A stretch of 64,000 bases of DNA, taken from the NCBI GenBank assembly GCA_030390025.1, contig CM059433.1, forward strand, positions 25,856,001 through 25,920,000. Reading direction: 5' to 3'. Both the position numbers and the translations under genes were made by a program. Source of the stretch: Squalus acanthias. Its lineage: Eukaryota. The notes below the pieces were generated by a model. It did not search any database and was not told where the DNA came from. It saw only the letters and a program-made list of their open reading frames with translations. Positions 28,201 through 37,960 of this stretch are shown in pieces. How positions within the stretch are numbered: position 1 is the stretch's first letter; the number at the start of each line of letters is the position of its first letter.

Positions 28201-30571
28201 TTGTAAGAGGACACGCCCCTCGGTTACAGTGTCAGAGGACACACCCCTCGGTTACTTTGTAAGAGGACACGCCCCTCGGTTACAGTGTCAGAGGACACGC
28301 CCCTCGGTTACAGTGTAAGAGGACACGCCCCTCGGCCACAGTGTCAGAGGACACGCCCCTCGGTTACAGTGTAAGAGGACACGCCCCTCGGTTACAGTGT
28401 AAGAGGACATGCCCCTCGGTTACAGTGTAAGAGGACACGCCCCTCGGATACAATGTAAGAGGACACACCCCTCGGTTACAGTGTAAGAGGACACGCCCCT
28501 CGGTTACAGTGTCAGAGGGCACACCCCTCAGTTACAGTGTAAGAGGACACACCCCTCAGTTACAGTGTAAGAGGACACGCCCCTCGGTTACAGTGTAAGA
28601 GGACACGCCCATCGGTTACACTGTAAGAGGACACGCCCCTCGGTTACTCTGTAAGAGGACACACCCCTCAGTTACAGTGTAAGAGGACACACCCCTCAGT
28701 TACAATGTAAGAGGACACACCCCTCAGTTACAGTGTAAGAGGACACACCCCTCAGTTACAGTGTAAGAGGACACACCCCTCAGTTACAATGTAAGAGGAC
28801 ACACCCCTCAGTTACAGTGTAAGAGGACACACCCCTCAGTTACAGTGTAAGAGGACACACCCCTCAGTTACAATGTAAGAGGACACACCCCTCAGTTACA
28901 GTGTAAGAGGACACACCCCTCGGTTACAGTGTAAGAGGACACGCCCCTCGGTTACAGTGTAAGAGGACACACCCCTCAGTTACAGTGTAAGAGGACACAC
29001 CCCTCGGTTACAGTGTAAGAGGACACGCCCCTCGGTTACAGTGTAAGAGGACACGCCCCTCAGTTACAGTGTAAGAGGACACACCCCTCAGTTACAGAGT
29101 AAGAGGACACACCCCTCAGTTACAGAGTAAGAGGACACGCCCCTCGGTTACATAGTCAGAGGACACGCCCCCTCAGTTACAGTGTAAGAGGACACGCCCC
29201 TCAGTTACAGTGTAAGAGGACACGCCCCTCGTTTACAGTGGAAGAGGACACGCCCCTCGGTTACAGTGTAAGAGGACACACCCCTCGGTTATAGTGTAAG
29301 AGGACACGCCCCTCGGTTACAATGTCAGAGGACACGCCCCTCGCTTACAGTCTAAGAGGACCCGCCCCTCGGTTACTGTATAAGAGGACACACTCCCTCA
29401 GTTACAGTGTAAGAGGACACGCCCCTCGGTTACTGTGTAAGAGGACACGCCCCTCGGTTACTGTGTAAGAGGACACGCCCCTCGGTTACCATGTAAGAGG
29501 ACACGCCCCTCAGTTGCAGTGTAAGAGGACACGCCCCTCAGTTACAGTGTAAGAGGACACGCCCCTCAGTTGCAGTGTAAGAGGACACGCCCCTCAGTTA
29601 CAGTGTCAGAGGACACGCCCCTCAGTTACAGTGTAAGAGGACACGCCCCTCAGTTGCAGTGTAAGAGGACACACCCCTCGGTTACAGTGTCAGAGGACAC
29701 GCCCCTGGGTTACAGTGTAAGAGGACACGCCCCTCGGTTACAGTGTAAGAGGACACACCCCTCGGTTACAGTGTAAGAGGTCACGCCCCTGGGTTACAGT
29801 TTAAGAGGACACACCCCGTGGTTACAGTGTAAGAGGACACGCCCCTCGGTTACATTGTAAGTGCTCACACCCCTCAGTTACAGTGTAAGAGGACACGCCC
29901 CTCGGTTACACTGTAAGAGGACACACCCCTCGGTTACAGTGTAAGAGGTCACGCCCCTGTGTTACAGTGTAAGAGGACACGCCCCTCAGTTACTCTGTAA
30001 GAGGACACACCCCTCGGTTACAGTGTAAGAGGACATGCCCCTCGGTTACAGTGTAAGAGGACATGCCCCTCGGTTACAGTGTAAGAGGACATGCCCCTCG
30101 GTTACAGTGTAAGCGAACACACCCCTCGGTTACACTGTAAGAGGACACACCCCTCGGTTACAGTGTAAGAGGACACGCCCGTCGGTTACCGAGTACGAGG
30201 ACATGCCCCTCGGTTACAGTGTAAAAGGACACGCCCCTCGGTTACACTGTAAGAGGACACACCCCTCGGTTACACTGTAAGAGGACACACCCCTGGGTTA
30301 CAGTGTAAGAGGACACACCCCTCGGTTACACTGTAAGAGGACACACCCCTGGGTTACAGTGTAAAAGGACACGCCCCTCGGTTACACTGTAAGAGGACAC
30401 ACCCCTCGGTTACACTGTAAGAGGACACACCCCTGGGTTACAGTGTAAGAGGACACACCCCTCGGTTACACTGTAAGAGGACATGCCCCTCGGTTACAGT
30501 GTAAGAGGTCATGCCCCTCGATTACAGTGTAAGAGGACACGCCCCTCGGTTACCGTGTAAGAGGACACGCC
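10213..30571. repeat. Giant 28-bp tandem repeat array (GGTTACAGTGTAAGAGGACACGCCCCTC), ~725 units, with higher-order repeats
   Basis: Continuous head-to-tail monomers with 27- and 29-bp variants; degenerate first units at 10213..10265; ends at ...GAGGACACGCC 30571. ORFs inside are translation artefacts. Confidence 0.98.
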
Positions 30572-30656
30572 GCACTGGATGGACCCACTTCTTTTGTAGC
30601 CCGCAGACGCCACATAATCCTGGGTTCCCATGTTAGTGTTCGGCATAATTTGAGAT

Positions 30657-31428
30657 ATGCATTTGGGGAGGGCTAACAAGGCAAGGGAATACACTATAAA
30701 TGTTACGACAGTGAGAAGTGCAGAAGATCAGAGGGACCTTGGTGTGTATGTCCACAGATCCCTGAAGCTAGGACAGGTAGATAAGGTGGTTAAGAAGGCA
30801 TACAGGATATTTGCCTTATTAGCCGAGTTGCAGAATTTAAGAGCAGGAGGTTATGCTTGAACTGTATAAAACACTAGTTAGGCCGCAGCTAGAATACTGC
30901 GTGCAGTTCTGGTCACCACATTACAGGAAGGACGTGATTGCACTAGAGGGGGTGCAGAGGAGATTTACGAGGATGTTGCCTGGGCTGGGGAATTTTAGCT
31001 ATGAGGAAAGATTGGATAGGCTGAGGTTGTTTTCTTTGGAACAGTGGAGGCTGAGGGGAGACCTAATTGAGGTGTATAAAATTATGATGGGCCTAGATAG
31101 AGTGAATAGGAAGGACCTATTTCCCTTAGCAGAGAGGTCAATAACCAGGGGGCATAGATTTAAAGTAATTGGTCGGAGGTTTAGAGGAGAATTATTTTCA
31201 CCCAGAGGGTGGTGGGGGTCTGGAACTCACTGCCTGAAAGGGTGGGCGAGGCAGAAACCCGCATCAGATTGAAAAAGTACTTGGATATGCACTTGAAGTG
31301 CCGTAACCTACAAGGCTACGACCAAGAGCCGGAAAGTGGGATTAGGGTGGATAGCTCTTTGTCGGCCGGCACGGACAAGATGGGCCGAATGGCCTCCTTC
31401 TGTGCTGTAAATTCCTATGATTCTATGA
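30657..31428 (+). mobile_element. CR1 LINE 3' fragment, same subfamily as 6860..9109
   Basis: MHLGRANKAREYTIN and LVRPQLEYCVQFWSPHYRKD; the 3' UTR ending CTATGATTCTATGA is nearly the reverse complement of 6857..6950. Confidence 0.9.
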
Positions 31429-31429
31429 T

Positions 31430-31957
31430 AAGCATCCTTGTTACAACGAATCCGTTTACATATATATTTGAGTATAAGTCCTTTGAAGAATGCCCTCCAG
31501 GTTTTAACAGCCTGGGATGGTTGGGCTTTTAGGGGCGCAGAGGAACGTGTCCCTTGGGTTTCCAAAGCCCGCACCATAGCGTTTGCATTAGTGTTACCCA
31601 GACTCAAGAGTGAGAGGTTCTGCCGGGTGGCGCTTTTAAACAAATGCACCCCCGCCTGCACTCGCTGTGTCGAGCCTGCAGCGGGTAGAACATGCAGGGG
31701 AAAGTCTCGTTTCAGAGGCTGGTGAGAGGTGTGGACTGGAAGGACTGATGAATGAAGTTTGTTGTGAATGTGCAGTGGAAAAGCATCAAGGAGCCGGCCC
31801 ATTCAGGAAACCTCCTCCTTCTCTTCCTCCTCCCCTCCCCTCCCCTGCCCAGCGTCACCGGCTTCACTAAGTCCCTTGCTACCTTTACTGGGGAAGGACG
31901 GGTCTGGAGTAGTGGGCAGTCTCTGAGCAGAAACTGCAATGAGCTCCGCGTTAGGGG
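31430..31957 (+). promoter_or_regulatory. Probable promoter / 5' UTR of the orexin receptor gene
   Basis: Unique sequence with retained CpGs and a pyrimidine tract (31812..31848) directly before the ATG; TSS cannot be located from sequence. Confidence 0.45.
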
Positions 31958-32156
31958 ATGGAGATGGAGATTGCTGGCACCAAGGTTGATCTCCTCGGGC
32001 TCAATGATACCAACAGCAGCGCTTCCAGCGCTGATTACGACGATGAATTTATTCGCTACCTGTGGACGGAGTATTTATATCCGAAGGAGTACGAGTGGGT
32101 CCTTATCGTTGCCTACATTGTAGTCTTCATCGTTGCTCTGGTTGGAAACATATTGG
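31958..32156 (+). CDS. HCRTR2: Orexin (hypocretin) receptor type 2, coding exon 1 (N-terminus, TM1)
   Basis: MEMEIAGTKV...DYDDEFIRYLWTEYLYPKEYEWVLIVAYIVVFIVALVGNIL; strong Kozak GGGATGG; donor G|GTGAGT; 199 nt. Confidence 0.93.
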
Positions 32157-32570
32157 GTGAGTAACACTTTGCTGCACTTTGCACCATTCCGAAGCACCGG
32201 CGTGCTTGGTGCTGCACCTGGATCTGGATCTGTACCTGTCCCTTCACCCGCGCCCATGCCCCGTCCAACCCGCAGCCGCTCTCCCTCTCCCTCGCTATTC
32301 ATTTAGAAGTGGAAATGTATTGCAACAGATCGCCAGTAACTTTTAAAGAAAAGCTACGGAATGGAGCCGTTCTCTTTCAAAGCTCTTTTATTCCCAATCG
32401 GTGTCACTGCAGGATTAAAGGTTGTGGAATTTTAATGGGTATTTAATCCTTCCTTATAGATTATGTAGTGTGTTATGTAACCAGTCTCCCAGAGCTGTCA
32501 ACGTCGGTGTAATGTTCAGAGTGACCCGATTGGACATAAGGACATAGGGAGCTGTGTTTATTTTTCAGTG

Positions 32571-32593
32571 ATATATATATATATATATATATA
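32571..32593. repeat. (AT)n microsatellite
   Basis: About 11 AT units. Confidence 0.9.
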
Positions 32594-33062
32594 AATGATT
32601 AGCAAACCAAGTGAGCCAAACTTGGTCAGTGTGTTGCCATGCCTGTGGATGTTAATGCGGTCCTTGTTTGCAGAGAGCTGAGTGAGTGTCTCTAAATATC
32701 TGATTTTGGTGTTTCTCACTCCTTTGGTCAGGGAGCTGGACCGATTGAGAAAGCTGAGCCATGAAGGGACAGGTGGGGTCTACACTCGAATACCAAGGGC
32801 TAAAAATTGGATAGCCCCCGAAAACGGGCGCAGGGAATATCGTGCTGCCTGCTAATTATAATGATAGTGATGTTCAACCCAGCGCTAAATGCGGTGCTGA
32901 GTGGCTGCACGCTCAGCAAGGGAGCCCAGGTTCGTGCGAGACTAGCACCAATTAAAGCTAGCCTGCAGGTCTTAAAGCCTCCTGCACCTCTTAAACCGGA
33001 GGTGCATTCTGGCTGCTGCAGGTACTGGAAGTCGTTGTAGAGGAGTGTGCGACCTAATGAAA

Positions 33063-33308
33063 ATGGCCCAACATGGCAGAGAGAGGGCTCCCAGATTTTC
33101 AGATGCAGTTTTCGAGGCTCTGGTGCAGGAGGTGGATAGGAGGAGAGATGTCCTGTATCCACAGGGTGCCAGGAAACCCTCCAGACAGACGCTGAGAAGG
33201 GAATGGGAGCAGATAGCCATCGCTGTCAATGCAAGCAGTGTAGCCCCGAGGACCTGGATGCAGTGCATGAAGAAGTCTAATGACCTTACATGAATGAGTA
33301 AGGTCAAG
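33063..33308 (+). pseudogene. Harbinger Myb/SANT-like DNA-binding gene, first exon (NAIF1/MSANTD-type)
   Basis: MAQHGRERAPRFSDAVFEALVQEVDRRRDVLYP...EWEQIAIAVNA..PRTWMQCMKKSNDL, then an in-frame TGA and donor AAG|GTGAGT. Confidence 0.8.
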
Positions 33309-33524
33309 GTGAGTGAATCCGTCTTCAAATGCCATATCCCACAAACTGCACCACTAGCCTCACACACTGCTGAATTCACCACACCCCCATCAGTCACCTA
33401 CAACAATCTCTATCAATCACGACTCATACCTCACATTCATGTGCTCCATATCACCCTCACACACTTAGCACTGCTGCAAGGAGCACTGCTGCAAGGCTCA
33501 CACCCACATCTCACAACTTGCACA

Positions 33525-34116
33525 CACATCCGGTTGCGGTACATCTCCGAATTGAGATGCGGTGCCCACAAAGTGACGTGTGTGCAGTCAATGGCACCTG
33601 CACCATGGGGAAGCCTGCTATCCTGGGGAAGCCGCATGCTCGCTCTGTCTGCTACTCTCTGGCAAGAGACAGTGAAATGTTTTCAGCTCTCCTTGCATAC
33701 AGAGCCTCACCTCACTTATACAAACATGGATGGAGAACTGGGAGATGTTACAGATGTCACCTGCTCCAGCCTGGAAGGAGCACGAAGCGAAGAAGTTTAA
33801 GGCCACGGTCACCTTTACAGCCACTGGCAATGACGTCCTCGCCCTGGACTGAGGCTGCAGGTCTGCCTGCAGCAGGTGGCAGATTTCAGTGAGCACCTCC
33901 TTCAGTAAAACAGAGACGTTGCACACACTGTACCTCGCTGAGGTTGAGGAGGAGAATTACTCCCTGAACACCCTGGGTGGACATGGCCTCCTGCTGAGAG
34001 CCCTTCTCCCCCTCCTCCTCCTGCCCTCTTCTAGCAGCTTGTCCTGCTCTGTGTCACCTCTGCTCATTCTCCCTGTCATGCTGAAGGCCAAGGGGGACAC
34101 AAACTATTGCACCCAT
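33525..34116 (-). pseudogene. Harbinger transposase N-terminal half, frameshifted
   Basis: LPVAVKVTVALNFFASCSFQAGAGDICNISQFSIH (ORF 33618..33926) and GAIDCTHVTL..YRNR (ORF 33437..33637). Confidence 0.85.
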
Positions 34117-35451
34117 GTCTGGGAGCAACTGGTCTGAGCAGACCCCTTGCAAGTCAGTACCAAGTCCTTGAACACGTGCCACACCACTCCTTGTAGACTT
34201 TAGACAACTTTAGAGAAGTCTAGAAATCGCCAAACACTTCTACAAACTCAGCAACAGCTAGAAGAAATCAATCAGCAACTAACCTGTAGCACTGGTGGGG
34301 GATCCTTCCTGCTGCTGAACGCATGTTCAGCTGTGCGAGGTTAAGAGAGGACATTAGCTCCAGTGTTGAGGTCGAAAATGGCAATGCTGGCGTCAAATCA
34401 GCATTACACGCTGATTGACATCACGATCTGCCTACTCTGCATACTTATGGCGCACGCTACCAGTGCCGACGCTAACCCCTCACCAAAATGGCGTCTGGAG
34501 CGGCCCACTCTAGAAGTGTGCGTGCGCTGCTCGGATGCCATTTTTGACTCAATTCGGCACCCGTAGTACCCAAAACATGGGTGCTATGCAACCGAATTTA
34601 TAGCCCCAAGTACCTAAAAGAACAGTTGCCGCTGTCTTGATTGCCTTTGCCCTCGTGCAGATGGTGTACCCAACTGTGCTGTGGCTTTCTCAACCTACCC
34701 TGACTGTATGCACAGTGGGATTTTTCAGGTAATTTAAAAAACTTCTTTTATTCCTGATTCTTCCGGCAGCCTTCACTGAGTGTCAGCTTAAGGAGAGACA
34801 TCCAAAAAGTAGAAAGGGGACATAAGACTGTGGTTTCCCAAACCCGAGGTTGCCATAGGATACAGTTACACTGTCAGCTTCAAATTGATGCCACGCAATT
34901 TATGGTGTGCGTTGATAGAAATGTGGCAGTATAGTATAACTTGGAAGTTGTATTGGAGGCAAAATATCAAGTCATTCAACAAGCATGCGGTGATGGGGGG
35001 ATTGTAGGTTTCTATGGAAGGATGAGCTAGATGGACCAAAGGACCTCCCTCATTTACACTTATCTTGTGGTGGTCTGACTCCCAAGCAGACTACATTGAA
35101 AGATGTGAGACCACCTCCAATAGGCACCTTAACATCCAGCCTTGTGCAAAGCACATTTTACAAATGCCCAAATGGTCCATTGGACTTCCTGAAAGTTTAC
35201 AAATTTATTTCTCAATCTTGTGGTGAGAAAGTAAATGCTGCCATCTACTCTCTCGTAACATTAAAGATTACTCACCCAGGAAGTGCAGTGTCCAAACACA
35301 CATACACAGAGCTACGTATATGACCAAGGTAGGCTAAGGAAACCACTGCACAGTGGGTTAAACCATTTAGAACAGGGAACGAACAATCAGGGCAGTGTCA
35401 TTTATTCTTTTAGACACTTGACATTCCTATGTAGACTCTGCATGCTCATTT

Positions 35452-35521
35452 ACAAAAACAAAATACTGCGGATGCTGGAAATCTGAAATAAAAACAGAAA
35501 ATGCTGGAAATACTCAGCAGG
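35452..35521. mobile_element. Penelope-like element terminal-repeat fragment
   Basis: AAAATACTGCGGATGCTGGAAATCTGAAATAAAAACAGAAAATGCTGGAAATACTCAGCAGG resembles shark Penelope termini (recalled, not searched). Confidence 0.55.
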
Positions 35522-36354
35522 ATATTTACAGGTCGGCACTTCCACTGTGCCAGCTCCCCGACCAAGGATAGGAGAAGGCAGTCAAGTACTGAGCTCTGTG
35601 CAACTTGTAGTGAAATGGGTCTGCCAGTATGTCTTAATAACCATCACATTCTACAAATACCAGTTTAATACAGCATGTATAGTATGGCAGAAGCCGCTGA
35701 TCGGCAAGGTCACTGAGCTTTGATTCTTAATCATTTTAGAGCTGCAATGTATATACATGAAGGTGTACTCTTCTTATCCCCAGGGCAGCAGTTGCTGTAC
35801 TGCAACTGCTGATTTACTGCCCCAAGGGATCGGGCTACAAATTGATCGTGCCCCGTTTCATATTGCTTGTTCCTGCTGGTTCCGGCTGCTGCTCATAGCT
35901 GGCTCTGCTGCTTTGTCCCCGACAAAGGATGAGCTAGATAGGCCAAAAGGCTTCCCTCACTTGCACTTATCTTGTGGTGGCCGGACTCCCAAGCAGACTA
36001 CATTAAACAATGTGATACCACCTCCAATAAACACCCTCTCTGGGTTACAAATGGGAATTCCTGGTCTTAGAATAAATCAGCACAAAATCCATTGCAGGTA
36101 GGAGGGCAGCCAGGATTGATAGAAAAAAAAAGTACATCAGGGTAGTAGAGTGCCTCTGTGACCTGAGGAGGGGCATTGGAGGAAATGAGTGTCTCTATAA
36201 ACTTGGGGATGAGGTGAGAGAGTGTTTCTGTAAACTGGGAGGAGTTGGAGAGGGAGAATGCCTCTTGAACTGGGGGAAGGGGTCCGAGGAACAATCTGTG
36301 AAGAAGACAAAGCGACTTTTGAGGTCGTTTTTGGGGAAGTGATAGTTCGGTTCA

Positions 36355-36800
36355 TATGTTGATTGTGTCCAGTTCTGGTCACCAAAACACAAAGGAGACA
36401 TTTAAATGTTGGAGGCAGTGCAAAGAGCTACAATAATGATCCCCAGTGTTAGACGTCTGAGCTGCGAGAAAAGACTGGAGAGAGTTGGGCTGTCCAGCTT
36501 TGAAAAGAGGTGTCAGACGTGAGTTTGTAGAGGTATATAAGATAGCAAATAGTATGGAAAAGGTAAATCTGGATAATTACTTTAAACTAAATCATATCAG
36601 TAGAACAGGTTCAAACTAGTAAAAGTCACATTTAGGACAGATGTCAGGGAGTTTTTCTTCACACAAAGAATGATCAATACATGGAATAAACCCATGAATC
36701 ATTAACGAGCTAATTGGACTTTGCAATGACTTTTAGGTCATTCTCGCTGGATGCATTAAGATGGTTCAAATATCATTCCTCATCTGTAATTAGCTTGTGA
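36355..36800 (+). mobile_element. Old CR1 LINE 3' fragment
   Basis: Decayed CVQFWSP...ERLERVGL..FFTQR coding remnants. Confidence 0.65.
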
Positions 36801-36881
36801 TCTTGAATATGGATAAACCCAAATGCTAAGTTATTTTTCCTGTCATTTTTTTTAGATTAAGAATCTATCAATTGTAAAGTA

Positions 36882-37362
36882 CAGGAAACTCTTTATTAAC
36901 CGGCACCCAAATATCCGGAAATCTCTCTTAACCGGCAAAATTCAGGAGTAGGTAACCGGGGTTTTCCTTCATCTCTCTACACTGGATCGTAGCATTATAT
37001 GGGCCAAGTCTTTGCTGAATGCTCGCTGTAAGATCGCTGTAAGATCTGTCACAAGAAGGGAGATGCAGAAAACATGCTGTTGTGTGATGGCTGTGATCGA
37101 GGGCACCACACATACTGTTTGAGACCAAAGGTTAAGGTTTGTACATAGTACTTTTTAAATCAAAAAAAGCTGGCTACTCAAAAGAAAATTCTTTAATGTG
37201 ACCGGGGTTCCTGCACCTGTGGCCGTGCACCAGGGACTCCTGGATCTGTGGCCATGTACGGGGCTCTCGTACCTTGGTAAGTATACCTCTCTGTAATCCG
37301 GACTTTTTGATCAACCGGCCCCACGCCGGTCCTGTCGGTGCCGGTTAATAAAGAGTTTCCTG
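36882..37362. mobile_element. Non-autonomous Tc1/mariner-type (pogo/Tigger-like) element carrying a host gene fragment
   Basis: Perfect 26-bp TIRs CAGGAAACTCTTTATTAACCGGCACC (36882..36907, 37337..37362); TA on both sides (36880..36881, 37363..37364); subterminal AACCGGC/ATCCGG repeats. Confidence 0.92.
36961..37136 (+). pseudogene. BAZ1A: Captured BAZ1A (ACF1) exon fragment encoding the first part of the PHD finger; frameshifted by an 11-bp duplication
   Basis: VFLHLSTLDRSIIWAKSLLNARCKI[GCTGTAAGATC duplicated]CHKKGDAENMLLCDGCDRGHHTYCLRPKVK, then GTTTGT; closely matches recalled vertebrate BAZ1A VFLHLSTLDRSVIWSKSILNARCKICRKKGDAENMVLCDGCDRGHHTYCVRPKLK. Confidence 0.88.
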
Positions 37363-37629
37363 TAAAATAGTGCTTAAAATTAACCAGAAGGCACCATTTT
37401 CAATGTAAAAATTCAAATCTGAACAGCTGCAATCAAAAAGCAGATATTGCCTCTAACATTTGTCAGTTACTCCTCCTTAGTTGGATTTTCTTTAGTTAAC
37501 TTTCCCTGCTGTCCACATTGTATGCAGAAATGCACTCCATTCATAACATCTGTATTCTACCCCCAAAATCAGATATACCACCCAGGGAGTCATCCCAAGT
37601 GTAGTCTTTAGGTGAAGCAGGGTTGGAGG

Positions 37630-37960
37630 GTGGGCCTCCTTAAAGCAGAGAAGGTTAAGGAGAGATTTAATCAAGGGTCAGTAACCAGAGGACACAGATT
37701 TAAGGTAATTGGGAAAAGAACCAGAGGTGAGATGAGGAGAATTATTTTATGCAGTGAGTTGTTATGATCCGGATTGCACTGCCTGAAGGGGTGATTCAAT
37801 AATAACTTACAAAAGGGAATTGGATAAATACTTGAAGGGGAAAGCATTGCAGGACTATGGGGAAAGGGCAGAGGAGTGGGACTAATTGGAGAGCTCTTTC
37901 AAAGAGCCAGCACAGGCATGATGGGCTGAATGGCCTCCAGCTGTGCTGTAACATTCTATA
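37630..37960 (+). mobile_element. CR1 LINE 3' end
   Basis: QRRLRRDLIK..HRFKVIGKRTRG and 3' UTR GGGCTGAATGGCCTCC..TGTGCTGTA. Confidence 0.8.

Larger units (their letters stand above)
32797..34606. mobile_element. Internally deleted PIF/Harbinger transposon with both genes (Myb/SANT gene +, transposase -)
   Basis: Imperfect TIRs GGGCTAAAAATTGG / CCGAATTTATAGCCC; 3-bp duplication CAA at 32794..32796 and 34607..34609. Confidence 0.88.

Noticed and set aside
10213..30571. CRISPR array, or repetitive proteins (many SVRGHAPRLQCKRTRP ORFs)
   Set aside because: Units are contiguous with no unique spacers, there are no cas genes and the context is vertebrate; the ORFs are chance stop-free runs of a 28-mer cycling through frames.
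10262..30571. G-quadruplex, AhR XRE or D-box arrays
   Set aside because: Only one G4 run per 28 nt on the minus strand; GCGTG lacks the TNGCGTG context; TTAC/GTAA spacing does not match TTAYGTAA.
33045..33926. Domesticated NAIF1/HARBI1 genes
   Set aside because: In-frame stop, frameshifts, internal deletion and intact TIR/TSD indicate a transposon copy.
36961..37136. A real nested BAZ1A gene or a processed pseudogene
   Set aside because: Single fragment with a frameshift, no acceptor, no other BAZ1A exons, no poly(A), and enclosed by TIRs.
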